From: an uncultured Candidatus Rokubacteria bacterium
Lineage (GTDB): Bacteria; Methylomirabilota; Methylomirabilia; Rokubacteriales; CSP1-6
Reading direction: 5' to 3'
DNA: 64,000 nucleotides
Assembly (NCBI GenBank): GCA_963758635.1
Contig: CAVWWD010000007.1
Coordinates: 384,001 to 448,000 of the forward strand
Shown here: piece after piece, positions 40,051 to 53,005 of the stretch
How the letters are laid out: each line of letters begins with the position of its first letter
How positions within the stretch are numbered: position 1 is the first letter of the stretch
The notes under the pieces: model-generated
The model's input: the letters and a program-made list of their open reading frames with translations, nothing else
Database searches by the model: none
What the model was told of the DNA's origin: nothing
Made by a program: the position numbers and the translations under genes

Positions 40051-42783
40051 GTGCAGCGGGCCCGCCGTCGGGTGGGGCTCTCCGCCGCGCCGGGCGCAGC
40101 CGGCGGCGTTTCCAGGGCGCCGGCCACCTTGCCGCGCTCGAGGAACTCGTCGCCCGTGCTCGTGGCGAACAGATGCATGCCGCGCGCGACGACACCGGTC
40201 CACCCGGTCTGGTGACTGGCGCCGAGGCCGGCCCCGTTGTCGCCGTGGAAGTACTCGTAGAACAGGATGAGATCGCGCCAGTGCGGGTCGTCCTGGAACT
40301 TCCGCGTGGCGCCGTACACGGGACGCCGGCCATCGGCGCCCCGGAGGAAGATGGCGGCGAGCCGGCGGGTGATCTCCTCGGCCACCTGGTACAGGGTCAT
40401 GAGCCGCCCCGACCCCGTGGGGCACTCGATCCTGAACTCGTTGCCGTAATACATGTAGTAGTGGAGCAGGGCCCGGATGATGAGGACGTTCACGGGCATC
40501 CAGACGGGCCCGCGCCAGTTGGAGTTGCCGCCGAACATCCCGTTGTCGGACTCCGCGGGCAGGTAGGACACGCGGTACTCCTGCCCCGACACGGTGAACA
40601 CGTAGGGATGATCGGCGTGGTAGCGGGACAGGGCGCGGATGCCGTGAGGCCCCAGGAACTCCTGCTCGTCGAGCATCGCCGAGAGCACGCGGCGCAGCCG
40701 CGTGGCGTCCAGCACCGAGGCGAGGCGCCGGCCGCCGTGGCCCTGGGCGGCCGGATCGTGGATGAAGCCCCGGAGCTCCGCGTGCTCGGTGAAGAACCGG
40801 TGGAGCCGCTCGCGGAGGTCCGGGTGGCTGTCCAGGATCTTTCCGTCGAACACGGTGACCGCGCACAGCGGGAGCAGGCCGACCATGGAGCGGACCTTGA
40901 GCCGCTGCGCCCGGCCGTCGGGCAGCCTGAGCACGTCGTAGAAGAAGCCGTCGTCCTCGTCCCACATGCCGGTGCCGTCGCCGGCGTGGGTGAGGGCGGT
41001 CGCGATCCACATGAAGTGCTCGATGAACTTGAGGCTCATGTCCGCGTAGACGGGCCGCCACGCGGTCAGCTCGGCGCTGATCTCGATCATGTTCTGGCAG
41101 AAGAGCGCCATCCAGGCGGTGCCGTCGGCCTGCTCCAGGTACCCGCCGGTCGGCAGCGGCGCGCTGCGGTCGAAGACCCCGATGTTGTCGAGGCCGAGGA
41201 AGCCTCCCTCGAAGGCGTTGTTGCCGGTCTGGTCCTTGCGGTTCACCCACCAGGTGAAGTTCAGGACCAGCTTGTGGAAGGCGCGCTCCAGCCAGTCCAG
41301 GTCGCCGTGCCCGCGGCGGATCCGCTCCAGCGTGTACGTGAACATGGTCGACCACGCGTGCACCGGCGGGTTCACGTCGCCGAAGTTCCACTCGTAGGCC
41401 GGGATCTGCCCGCTCGGGTGCAGGTACACGCTCTCCAGCATCAGGTCGAGCTGGCGCTTGCTGAAGTCCTCGTCGACCAGGGACAGGGCGAGGACGTGGA
41501 AGGCGAGGTCCCACGCCGCGTACCACGGGTACTCCCACTTGTCCGGCATCGAGATGATGTCGGCGTTGGCCAGATGGTGCCAGTGCTCGTTGCGCGGGGC
41601 GCGGCGTCGCCCGGGATCGAAGGGGCGAGCCCCGCGCTCGGTGAGCCACCGGTTGACGTCGTAGTAGTAGAACTGCTTGGACCACAGCATGCCGGCCAGG
41701 GCCTGGCGCATCACGTTGGCGCCGTCTCCGTCCACGGAGGGGGGGATGACGGTCGCGTAGAACTCGTCGGCCTCCTCGCGTCGGGCGGCCATCACCGCGT
41801 CGAAGTCGTCGCCACGGCCGGTGGGCGCGCGGTCCGCGAGCCGGAGCCGGACCGTGCTCGACCCCTTCGCGGGGACGGTGAGGGTGTAGTGCGCCGCGGC
41901 CTTCGTCCCGGTGCCCGCGGGGTTCACCGCGTCGCGCCGCCCGTGGACGACGTAGCCGTCGAAGGCGTCCTTCACGTACGGGGTGCGGTTGGGCGTCCCG
42001 AAGAGCCGCTCGGTGTTGGTCTCGTTCTCGGTGAAGAGGAGCGCGGCCGCGCCCTCGCAGGACGAGGAAGCGCTCGCCGAGGTCCGGATGGGCGGCCGCG
42101 ATCAGCGCGGGCCCGGCCTGCCGGAGGCTCGGGCGCGGCGCCTCGCCCCCCCACGACCACGTGTTGCGGAACCAGAGCGTCGGCAGCACGTGAAGCGTGG
42201 CCGGCTCGGGACCGCGGTTCTCGACGGTGATCCGGACCAGGATGTCGTCCGGCGCCGCCTTGGCGTACTCCACGAACACGTCGAAGTAGCGGTCCTCGTC
42301 GAAGACGCCGGTGTCGAGCAGCTCGTACTCGAGCTCGTCCCGGCTGCGGCGTCCGTTGGTCGCGATGAGGTCGGCGTAGGGATACGAGGCCTGCGGGTAC
42401 TTGTACAGGTACTTCATGTACGAGTGGGTGGGCGTCGAGTCGAGGTAGAAGTAGTACTCCTTCACGTCCTCGCCGTGGTTGCCCTCGCTGTTGGTCAGCC
42501 CGAAGAGCCGCTCCTTGAGGATGGGGTCCCGGCCGTTCCACAGGGCCAGCGCGAAGCACAGGAGCTGCTTGTCGTCGGAGATCCCGCCGAGCCCGTCCTC
42601 GCCCCAGCGGTAGGCGCGCGAGCGCGCCTGGTCGTGGCTGAAGTAGTTCCACGCGTCGCCGGAGTCGCTGTAGTCCTCGCGGACGGTGCCCCACTGCCGC
42701 TCCGACAGGTATGGGCCCCACTTCCGCCAGGATCCGTGGCCCCCCTTCGACTCGTCCAGGCGGCGGCGCTCGGCGTCCTTCAT
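40050..42783 (-). CDS. GH63/MGH1-like glucosidase (frameshift near 42060; 3' end unclear)
   Basis: [94 protein letters not shown]. Confidence 0.9.
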
Positions 42784-42987
42784 GGCTGGGCCCCCCTCTT
42801 GGCCCTGTCGTCGACGGGAGGTTGAACCGCTCCGGATCGGTCCGAGCGCCAGGCGGGCGCCCCGGGTTCGCGCTCCTCGTCTTAGCGCAGTCCCGGACCC
42901 GTGTCGATGGTGACACGGGACGGTCGGACAAATTTCCGGGTTTTGTCGGGATTTCGCGGCCCCCGATCGATCATGATCCTTCGCGCG

Positions 42988-43317
42988 ATGACGACGCCTC
43001 GGTCGAGGCGAACGGAGACGGCGGGCGCGGCCGACGCCGGCGGCGCCCAGGCGGGCGCCCCGACCCTGCCGTACGGGCGCGCCTTCATCGTGCAGTTCAC
43101 GTCGGAGACCGAGACGTCGCGCCGTCGCGTCGCCGGGCGGGTCGAGCACCTGAAGTCGGGAGGGCGGTCCTGGTTCACGTCGGTCGACGGGTTGCTCGCG
43201 TCGATGACCGAGCTCCTCGGGGAGCCGCCGGGCCCTCGCGCGCGGCGCCGGGACGCGACCAGGCCGTCGGGCTCCCGCCGCGGCCCGCGTGGCGGCAAGA
43301 CGCGGCGCGCGCGGTGA
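42988..43317 (+). CDS. Small hypothetical protein
   Basis: Folded-looking core [36 protein letters not shown]; divergent from GH63. Confidence 0.6.
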   Translation: MTTPRSRRTETAGAADAGGAQAGAPTLPYGRAFIVQFTSETETSRRRVAGRVEHLKSGGRSWFTSVDGLLASMTELLGEPPGPRARRRDATRPSGSRRGPRGGKTRRAR

Positions 43318-43616
43318 CGCCGCGCGCGGCGTTCGCCGCCCGCGACGCCGCGCCCGCGCGGCGCGAATCGGTCCGCCGGGTCGCGCGCGTCGAGTACACT
43401 GTCCCCGGCGCGTCGCCCGTGCCGTGTGATGGGAGTCGAAGGCTGTCGGACGTCCGCGTGAAGTCGTCATCTTCCATCCTCGTGCCGACCGAGGTCCGCC
43501 CCGGCGTGTTCGAGGATGAGGCGGGGAGGAACCGGAATGCGCGAGAACATCGACCACAGGGGCGGACGTTCCACCGGGAACACCCTCTGGCCCAGCCGCC
43601 GTCAGGAAGCCCGGTG

Positions 43617-45027
43617 ATGCGAGGTCAGCGGCCGGGCCGGGGGCGCATCGCCGGAGGCGCCCGGATCGCGCGGCTCGGCGGCCTCGCCGTCCTGCTGCTC
43701 GCCGCGGCCGCGTGCGACAACGCCAAGGCCGGCAAGGACGCCAAGGGCGCGGGAGCGCCGCCGCCGCCGCCGCCGACGGTGGTGGTCGCCGAGGTGACGC
43801 GGCAGCCGGTGTCGATCAGCCGGGACTTCGTCGCGCGCACCGAGGGCATCCCGACGGTGGACGTGCGCGCGCGCGTGTCCGGCATGCTGGAGCGTGTGCA
43901 CTACAAGGAAGGCAGCGAGGTCAAGCAGGGGCAGATCCTGTTCGAGCTCGAGCGCGCCGAGTACCAGGCCGCGCTCCAGTCCGCGAGGGCCCAGCTCGCC
44001 AAGGCCAACGCCGACCTCACGCGCGCGAAGGACGCCTCGGTGGTGGACAACGCGCGCGCCCAGCTGGAGCAGCGTCGCGCCGATCTGGAAAAGGCCCAGG
44101 CCGACGTCGCCCGGTACGTGCCGCTCGCCGAGGCGCGGGCCATTCCCCAGCAGGACCTGGACACCGCCCGGTCCCAGGAGAAGGTCGCGAGGGCGGGCGT
44201 GGACGTCGGCGACGCGGCGCTCCGTGACACCCAGCTCGTCCAGCGCACCCAGATCCAGCTCGCCGAGGCCGCGGTGGAATCGGCGAAAGCGTCGGTGACG
44301 CAGGCGGAGCTGAACCTGGGCTACACGCGGATCGCCGCGCCGATCAGCGGCATCGTCGGCAAGATCCTGGTCGACCCGGGGAACCTCGTGGGGAAAGCGG
44401 AGCCGACCCTTCTCACTCAGATCTCCGCGGTGGACCCGATCTTCGTCGAGTTCTCGGTGGCCGAGGCCGACTACCTGCGGCTGGCGTCCGAGCCAGAGGA
44501 ACCGGGGCCGGGACGCGGAGCGCCGGCTCGACCTGTTCCTCGCCGACGACACCATGTTCCCGCACAAGGGGCGCTTCGTGTTCGTGGGTCGGGCGTTCGA
44601 CGTGAAGACGGGCACCATCAACATCCAGGCGGAGTTCCCGAATCCGACGCGCGTGCTGCGGCCCGGTCAGTTCGCGCGGGTTCGCGGGGTCGTGGACGAG
44701 CGGCCCGACGCCGTGCTCGTGCCCCAGCGCGCCGTGCAGGAGCAGCAGGGCGCCAAGATCGTCCTGGTCGTGGCCGAGGACAAGGTGGTGTTCAGGCCGG
44801 TGACCCTCGATGAGCGCGTGGGCGACGCCTACATCGTCACGAAGGGCCTCCAGCCGGGCGAGCGCGTCATCGTCGACGGCGTGCAGAAGGTCCGGCCCGG
44901 CATGCAGGTGAAAGCCGAGACCCGCGCGACTCCTCCGCCCACCGCGCCCGCGGCGCCGGCGGCACCCGCCGCGCCAGGCAACACCCCCGGGCCCGCGCCC
45001 GCCGGCAAGGCGAAGGCCGGAGGGTAG
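43617..45027 (+). CDS. RND efflux periplasmic adaptor (MFP) lipoprotein (frameshift near 44490)
   Basis: Lipobox [54 protein letters not shown]. Confidence 0.9.
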
Positions 45028-45031
45028 GGGC

Positions 45032-48000
45032 GTGGCACAGTTCTTCATCCGCCGGCCGATCGTCGCCATCGTCATCTCGATCCTGATGGTGCTGATGGGG
45101 GGCTTCAGCCTCATGCGCCTGCCCTTCGAGCAGTATCCCTTCCTCGCGCCCCCGACAGATTCGCGTGACCGCGAACTACCCCGGCGCGTCCGCCGTGGCC
45201 GTCGAGCAGTCGGTCGCCACGCCGATCGAGCAGGAAGTCAACGGCGTCGATCGGATGATCTACATGCAGTCGTCCAACACGAGCGACGGCCGCATGCTGC
45301 TCGACGTGAACTTCGAGGTGGGCGTCGACCAGGACACGGCCAACGTCCTCACCCAGAACCGCGTCGCCTCCGCCCAGGCCCGGCTGCCCCAGGAGGTGAA
45401 CGCGCAGGGCGTGACGGTGAAGAAGCAGAGCCCGAGCATCCTCATGATCGTGTCCGTCTACTCGCCGAACGGCTCGTACGACGGGAACTACCTGATCAAC
45501 TACTGCGGGATCAACCTGCGGGACCAGCTCCTGCGCATTCCCGGGATCGCGCAGGTCGATCTGTTCGGCGGCACCGACTACGGCATGCGCGTGTGGCTCC
45601 GGCCGGACAAGCTCGCCAAGCTGGGGCTGACGCCGGCCGACGTGATCAACTCCATCAAGGAGCAGAACCTTCAGGCGCCGGCCGGGCGCATCGGGGCCGC
45701 GCCCACCCCCAAGGATCAGCAGTTCACGTTCACGGTGGCCGCGCCGAGCCGCCTCGTCACCACCCAGGAGTTCGAGGACATCATCATCCGCGGCACGGAA
45801 AGCGCCAACCAGATCCGCATCAGGGACGTCGGGCGCGCCGAGCTGGGCTCCCAGGACTACAACTCGTTCGGCCGCCTGGACGGCAAGCCCGCGGGCTCGA
45901 TGGCCGTGTACCTCCTGCCCGGCGCCGACCAGCTCAAGGCGGCCCACGCGATCTACGAGACCATGACCCGGGCCAAGGGCCTCTTCCCGCCCGACATGGA
46001 CTACAAGATCGTCTACGACACCACGCCGGCCGTCGAGGCGTCGATCCACGAGATCGAGAAGACGTTCGTGGAGGCCCTCATCCTCGTCACCCTCGTGGTG
46101 TTCATCTTCCTGCAGAGCCTGCGGGCCACGATCATCCCGCTCCTCACCGTGCCCGTCTCCATCATCGGCACGTTCATCTTCTTCCCGATGCTCGGCTTCT
46201 CGGTGAACACGCTGTCCATGTTCGGCCTCGTCCTCGCCATCGGCATCGTGGTCGACGACGCCATCGTCGTGGTCGAGGCGGTCATGCACCACATCGAGCA
46301 CGGCATGGCGCCGCGCGAGGCCACCATCCAGGCCATGAAGGAGGTGTCCGCGCCGGTCATCGGCATCGCGCTGATCCTGTCCGCGGTGTTCATCCCCGTC
46401 GCGTTCGTGGGCGGTCTCACCGGCCAGATGTACCAGCAGTTCGCCCTGACCATCGCGATCTCCGTGCTGCTCTCCGCGTTCAGCGCGCTGTCGCTCTCGC
46501 CCGCGCTCTGCGCGATGTTCCTCAAGCCCACCCACGGCCCCGGCCGTGGCCCGCTGGGCGCGTTCTTCCGCGGGTTCAACTGGGTGTTCGACAAGACGAC
46601 GGCCGGCTACATGAGCGTCGCGCGGCATCCTCGTCCGGAAGGCCATCCTCACCATCCTGCTCGTGGCCGTGGTGGCGGTGGGCGCCGGCCTCTTCGGGCG
46701 CGCGCTGCCCGCGGGCTTCATTCCCGACGAGGACCAGAGCCTCATCGGCGTCAACCTCCAGCTGCCGCCGGGCGCGTCGCTCGAGCGGACGGGCGCGCTC
46801 CTCACCCAGGTCGAGCAGATCGTGGCGAAGACGCCCGGCGTGGACTCGTTCGCCACCGTCGGCGGCTTCGGCGTCGTGACCAATACCTTCCAGCCGAACT
46901 TCGGCACGATCTTCGTCCGGCTGAAGCCCTGGGACGAGCGCAAGACCCCGAGCTGCACGCCAAGGGCATCATGGCCGCGGTGGGGCGGGAGGTGTCGCAG
47001 ATCCCCGAGGCGATCATCTTCCCGTTCAACATCCCGACCATCTCCGGGTTCGGCGCGTCCGCCGGCTTCAAGTTCCTGCTCCAGGACCGGAGCGGCACGC
47101 TCTCGGTGGAGCAGCTCGGCGAGCAGGCCCGGACGTTCCTGGCCGGCGGCGCGCCAGCGACCGGAGCTGGCGAGCGTCTTCTCGTCGTTCGATCCGAACT
47201 ACCCGCAGATCAGGGTCGAGCTGGACCGGGAGAAGGCCAGGAGCCTCGGCGTGCCCATCAACGAGGCGTTCCAGGCGATGTCGGCCTCGCTCGGCGGCAG
47301 CTACGTGAACGACTTCAACCGGTTCGGCCGGCTGTACCGGGTCTACGTCCAGTCCGAGGCCGACTATCGGCGGAAGCCCGGAGACATCGGCGAGGTCTAC
47401 GTCCGGAGCCGGACCACCAACACCATGATCCCGCTCTCGACGCTCGTGTCGATCGACGCGGTCGCGGGGACGGAGATCACCACGCGCTTCAACCTGTTCC
47501 GCTCGGTGGACATCAGCGGAGCGCCGGCGCGCGGCTACACGTCCGGTCAGGCCCTCGCCGCCCTCGAAGAGGTGTTCGCGGCGAAGATGCCGAAGGAGAT
47601 GGGGTTCGCGTACTCGAGCCTGTCCTACCAGGAGAAGACGGCGCCGCCCGCCGCGCCCACGTTCATCCTGGCCATCGTCTTCGTGTTCCTCCTGCTCGCC
47701 GCCATGTACGAGAGCTGGCGGCTGCCGTGGGCCGTGCTGCTCGGCTCGCCCCTCGTCGCCCTCGGCGCGTTCCTCGGCGTGTGGCTGATGGGCTACGACA
47801 ACAACGTCTACGTCCAGATCGGTCTGATCATGCTCGTCGGCCTCGCCGCCAAGAACGCCATCCTGATCGTCGAGTTCGCCAAGGCGAAGCACGATGTCGA
47901 GGGCATGTCCTTCGAGGACGCCGCGCTCGAGTCGGCGCGGCTCCGCTTCCGGCCGATCCTGATGACGGCCTTCGCCTTCATCCTCGGCGTGGTGCCGCTG

Positions 48001-48224
48001 ATGCTCGCGAGCGGGGCCGGCTCCGGCGCTCAGAACGTCATGGGCACCGCGGTGTTCTGGGGCATGCTCGTCGCCACCGCGCTGGGCGTCTTCCTCATCC
48101 CCGGCAACTTCGCGTTCGTCGAGCAGCTCGGCCGCTCGCGCGCGAAGCAGCCGGCCCCGACGCCGGCCCGGGCGGCCCGCCGGGCGCGCCCGGCGCCGGC
48201 TGCGGCGGGGGAGACCACTCGTGA
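45032..48224 (+). CDS. RND efflux permease, AcrB/HAE1 family (frameshifts near 45160, 46625, 46950, 47145)
   Basis: FFIRRPIVAIVISI, VATPIEQEVNGV, LAIGIVVDDAIVVVE, GLAAKNAILIVEFA, RFRPILMTAFAF. Confidence 0.92.
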
Positions 48225-49621
48225 GGCGCCTGCTCGCCGTCCGCCTTGCTCGGGCTCGTGGCCGCGGGCTGCACCGTGGGCCCGGACTTCCAACGCCCGG
48301 AGTCGACGGCGCCCGCCGACTACCGCGGGCGCGGAGCCGAGTACCCGGCCGGCCCCGCCTCGCTCGGGGACCTGCCCTGGTGGGAGATCTTCGGCGATCC
48401 GGTGCTGCAGGAGCTGATCCGGGAGGCGCTGCGCCAGAACTACGACCTGCGGGTGGCGGCCTCGCGCATCGTCGACGCCCGAGCCCAGGTCACGATCGCC
48501 CGGTCGTTCCAGTTCCCCGAGCTGAGGGGATCGGGCGGCGGCGTGTACTCGCGGGTCGAAGGGGATCGCGACCCGAGCCAGTTCCGGGAGACCTTCGTTC
48601 CCGCGCGGGGGTTCGACCTGACGTACGAGATCGACTTCTGGGGCCGCTTCCGTCGGTCCTCCGAGGCCGCGCGGGCCGAGCTGCTCGCGACGGAGGCCGG
48701 ACGGCGCTTCGTGCTCCTCACGCTGGTGAGCGACGTGGCCGCGACGTACTTCAACCTGCGCGACCTGGACGAGGAGCTCGAGGTGGCCCGCCGCACCCTG
48801 GCCAGCCGCCGCGACTCGCTGCGCCTGGTCAGCCTTCGCGAGCAGGGCGGCGTGGCCGCGCTCATCGACGTGCGCCAGTCCGAGATCCTCGTCGCCCAGG
48901 CCGCGGAGACCGCTGCCCGACGTCGAGCGTCAGATCGCCCAGACCGAGAACGCGCTCGCCGTGCTGCTCGGCCGGAACCCCGCCGACGTGCCGCGCGGCC
49001 GGCCGATCGAGCAGCAGGTCACGCTTCCCGCGCTGCCGGCGGGCGTGCCGTCCGCGCTCCTCGAGCGCCGGCCGGACATCGTCCAGGCCGAGGCGCGGCT
49101 CGCGGCCGAGACGGCGCGTATCGGGGTGGCCAAGAGCGAGTACTTCCCCCGCGTGTTCCTCACCGGCAGCGCCGGCGGCGGGTGGTATCTACGTCAACGG
49201 GAGCTGGGCGGGGCCGCAGGGGCTCTTCGCCATCGGCCCCTCGTTCACGGTGCCGCTCTTCAACTGGGGACGGGTGGACGCTGGCGTCGACTCCGCCGAG
49301 GCGCGCGCGCAGGCGGCGCTGGACCAGTATCGGCAGACCGTGGTCCAGGCGTTCCGGGAGGTGTCCGACGCCCTCGTGGAGCACCAGAAGCGCCGCGAGT
49401 TCCGGATCCAGCAGGAGATCCTGACCGTGGCCGCGCGCGACACCGCGCGGCTCGCGGACATCCGGTACCGCGGCGGCGTGTCGACCTACCTGGAAGTGCT
49501 GGACAGCGAGCGCCAGCTCTTCGACGCCGAGCTGGGCGTGGTGCGGACGCGGCGCGACGAGCTCGTGGCCGTCGTCCGCCTGTACAAGGCGCTCGGCGGA
49601 GGCTGGCAGGAGCCGCAGTGA
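48221..49621 (+). CDS. RND outer-membrane factor lipoprotein (NodT/OprM family; frameshifts near 48240, 48910, 49180)
   Basis: AAGCTVGPDFQRP, WWEIFGDPVLQELI, PSALLERRPDI, YLEVLDSER, LYKALGGGW. Confidence 0.9.
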   Translation: MRRLLAVRLARARGRGLHRGPGLPTPGVDGARRLPRARSRVPGRPRLARGPALVGDLRRSGAAGADPGGAAPELRPAGGGLAHRRRPSPGHDRPVVPVPRAEGIGRRRVLAGRRGSRPEPVPGDLRSRAGVRPDVRDRLLGPLPSVLRGRAGRAARDGGRTALRAPHAGERRGRDVLQPARPGRGARGGPPHPGQPPRLAAPGQPSRAGRRGRAHRRAPVRDPRRPGRGDRCPTSSVRSPRPRTRSPCCSAGTPPTCRAAGRSSSRSRFPRCRRACRPRSSSAGRTSSRPRRGSRPRRRVSGWPRASTSPACSSPAAPAAGGIYVNGSWAGPQGLFAIGPSFTVPLFNWGRVDAGVDSAEARAQAALDQYRQTVVQAFREVSDALVEHQKRREFRIQQEILTVAARDTARLADIRYRGGVSTYLEVLDSERQLFDAELGVVRTRRDELVAVVRLYKALGGGWQEPQ

Positions 49622-49788
49622 GCGGCCGCCGCGGGTCGGGGCGGTCCAGTGAGCAGAACGGCCGGATGTGGGCCACCGTGGGCGAGGACGACGGGGCCAT
49701 CGTCCTGTCGGGGGCCTGCATCGCCCCGTAGCGGGGGCGGGGAGGTACGGGTGCTCCGTGACCTCCGCCACGCGAGGGGGAGCTGCCG

Positions 49789-50391
49789 TTGAAGCGCCGG
49801 ATCGCCAGGGCCATCGCGTTGACGGTGGCCGTCCTCGCCGTGGTGGTGGTCACCGCGTGGGGAGCGCTGGCCCTCTACTACCTGGCGCCCGCGTCCGAGG
49901 GAGTGCGCCGGCCGCTGGCCTGGATCGTCGCCGCGCTCGGGCTTGCCCTGGTGACGGCGCTCCTCGCGGGGCGGTGGCGCGTGCCGGCCGCGCGCGACGC
50001 GATCCGGGTCCGCACCAACTACCGGAGATCGCCGCCCGAGGACCTGTACGTCTTCCGGGTCACCGCGCCCATCGACAACGGCCGGCGCATGTTCCTGCGC
50101 TACATGAGGGACATCAACTGGATCGCCGCCCGTCCCCGCTTCTACAACACCCTCACGACGAACTGCACCACCATGATCCTCACCCACGCCGCCGTGAATC
50201 CGGGCGCGGTGCCGTACTCGTGGAAGATCCTCCTGAGCGGGTACGCGCCGGAGTACGCGTACGAGCAGGGGCGGCTGGACCGAAGCATGCCGTTTTCCGA
50301 GCTCATGCGGCGGAGCCACATCAACGCGGCGGCGCAGGCCGCGGACCAGGCGCCGGACTTCTCCCGCCGGATCCGGGCGGCGCTTCCCTGA
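49789..50391 (+). pseudogene. DUF4105-family protein with an apparent in-frame internal deletion
   Basis: N-terminal TM helices (TAWGALALYY) join directly to the C-terminal motifs RVRTNYR, PRFYNTLTTNCTT, ILLSGY, FSRRIR; only 200 aa. Confidence 0.6.
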
Positions 50392-50418
50392 CCGGCGGCG
50401 CGAGACGAAGGTGACGTG

Positions 50419-50695
50419 ATGCCCATCAAGAGCTATCTGGCGTACCCGGTGAGGGGCGGGCAGGACGATCTCGCCGCGGCCCTGCGCGCGCTGCGGCGGC
50501 TGTGAGGTCGTGCCCGCCACCAACCGCGAGGTCCTCGTCGTCGTCACCGACACGCCGGACGAGGCCGCGGAGGAGGCGCTCCAGCGCGCGCTGGTCCTGG
50601 TGCCCGGCATCGAGGCGCTCGCGCTGGTGGCCGGCGTGGACGATGCCGCCGCCGAGCCCGCCCGCCCGCAGGAGGCCCATCATGACCCGTCGTGA
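50419..50695 (+). CDS. napD: NapD-like chaperone (frameshift near 50495)
   Basis: MPIKSYLAYP..LAAALRAL then CEVVPATNREVLVVVTDT; small ferredoxin-like fold pattern immediately upstream of napA. Confidence 0.65.
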
Positions 50696-52989
50696 GCTGC
50701 TCAGGTCGATGGTCGCGAGCGCCGCGGTGACCGCGGCCGAGGCCATGTTCCCCGGCGTCGTCTTCGCGGCGCCCGGAGATCCCCCGGCCTCGCCGCCCGG
50801 CGTCGCGTGGCGGAAGACCCCGTGCCGCTTCTGCGGGGTCGGCTGCGGGCTTGCTCGTGGGGATCGCCGATGGGCGCGCGGTCGCGGTGAAGGGCGACCC
50901 CGCCAGCCCGGTCAACCGCGGTCTCTGCTGCGTGAAGGGCTATCACTCGGTGATGGCGCTGTACGGCAAGGACCGGCTCACGCGGGCGCTGGTGCGCAAG
51001 GACGGCAAGCTCGTCCCCGTCCCCATGAAGGAGGCCCTGGACCTCGTCGCGTCGAAGATGGCGGAGACCATCAAGGCCCACGGCAAGGACGCGGTCGCCA
51101 TGTACGGATCGGGGCAGTGGACCATTCCCGACGGCTACGTCGCCTCCAAGCTCATGAAGGGCGCCATCGGCACCAACAACCTCGAGGCCAACGCGCGCCT
51201 GTGCATGTCGAGCGCGGTCACGGGCTTCATGACGAGCTTCGGCCTCGACGAGCCCATGGGCTGCTACGACGACATCGACCACGCCGACACGTTCGTGCTG
51301 TGGGGGAACAACATGGCCGAGATGCACCCGGTCCTGTTCTCCCGCCTCCTCGAGCGGCGGCTGAAGAACCCCGACGTCAAGATCATCGACCTCGCCACGC
51401 GCTGGACGCGCACCAGCATGGCCGCCGACCGGAGCATCCTGTTCAAGCCCCAGACCGACCTCGCCATCGCCAACGCCATCTGCCACGAGATCTTCCGGAA
51501 CGACTGGGTGCACGCCACCTTCGTCCGCGACCACGTGTCCTTCCACGAGGGCAAGACGAACATCGGCTACGGGCTCGAGGACAAGTTCACGTTCAAGGAC
51601 GAGCCGAAGGACATCACGCTCGCGCGGTACCGCGAGCTGCTCGCCGAGTATTCCGTCGAGAAGGTGGAGCCCCTGTCCGGCGTGCCCGCGCGCGAGCTTC
51701 GCTACCTCGCATCGCTTTACGGGGATCCGAAGCGCAAGGTCATGAGCTTCTGGTGCATGGGGTTCAACCAGCACACGCGCGGGACGTGGATCAACAACCT
51801 GATCTACAACATCCACCTGCTGGTGGGAAAGATCGCGACGCCGGGCAATAGCCCGTTCTCCCTCACCGGCCAGCCCAGCGCCTGCGGCACCGTGCGCGAG
51901 GTCGGGACGCTGACGAATCGGCTGCCCCACGGCGAGGTGACCGACGAGAAGTCGCGCAAGCTCGCCGCGGACATCTGGGGCGTGCCGATCGAGCGCATCT
52001 CCGCCAAGCCCACCTACAACACCATCGAGATGTTCCGGGCGCTGGACCGCGGGGACATTCGCTTCGTGTGGATCCAGGTCACGAACCCCATGCTGACCCT
52101 GCCCAAGCTCCGCCGCTACCGCGACGCGCTCAAGAAGGACGACCGCTTCGTGGTGGTCTCCGACGTTTACCCCACGCCCACGACGGACGTGGCCGACGTG
52201 GTCCTGCCCGCGGCGATGTGGATCGAGCGCGAGGGCATGTGGGGCAACTCGGAGCGGCGCACCCAGCACTTCGACCGGATGCTGACGCCGCCCGGCGAGG
52301 CCATGTCGGACACCTGGCAGATGATCGAGGTGGCGCGGCGCATGGGCTTCGAGAAGCTCTTCCCGTGGAGCGAGGCCACGCACGTCCAGGAGATCTGGAA
52401 GGAGTACTCGCGCTTCCAGCACGGGCCCGACCACGAGATGGCCCCCTACGAGGAGCTGAAGAAGCGGCCCGGCGTCATGTGGCCCTTCGTGAACGGCAAG
52501 GAGACCAAGTGGCGGTACAACGGGCAGCACGATCCTGCCGCCAAGGCGCCGTTCGACTTCTACGGCAAGCCCGACCATCGCGCCTGGATCTGGTTCCGTC
52601 CCTACGAGGCGCCGCCCGAGGTGCCTGACGCGCAGTACCCGTTCTGGCTGAACACGGGCCGCGTCCTCGAGCACTGGCACTCGGGCTCCCTGACCCGGCG
52701 CGTCCCCGTCCTGCACCAGGCCGTGCCCGCCGCGTACGTGGAATTGCATCCGAGCGACGCCCGCCGGCTCGGCGTCGGCAACGGCGATCGCGTGCGCCTG
52801 GTCACGCGCCGGGGCGCCCTGGTCCTGCCCGCCCAGATCGACGGGCGCGCGCGGCCCCCCGAGGGCCAGGTGTTCGTGCCGTTCTTCGACGAGGGCCTCC
52901 TGATCAACGAGCTGACGCTGGACGCCTTCTGCCCCATCTCCGGCCAGCCCGACTACAAGAAGTGCGCGGTCAAGGTGGAGCGGGCCTGA
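50682..52989 (+). CDS. napA: Periplasmic nitrate reductase catalytic subunit (frameshift near 50851)
   Basis: TRRELL Tat signal, CRFCGVGCG..CVKG, YGSGQWT, NARLCMSSAV, WGNNMAEMHP, MGFNQH, SLTGQPSACGT, TGRVLEHWHSG, PDYKKCAVK. Confidence 0.93.
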
Positions 52990-53005
52990 GGGCAGCGCCG
53001 CCGTC

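Noticed and set aside
38701..43557. 1618-aa ORF as one giant protein
   Set aside because: It strings together non-coding sequence, the GH63 N-terminus, an out-of-frame middle and GH13; it is a product of frameshifts and stop-poor GC-rich DNA.
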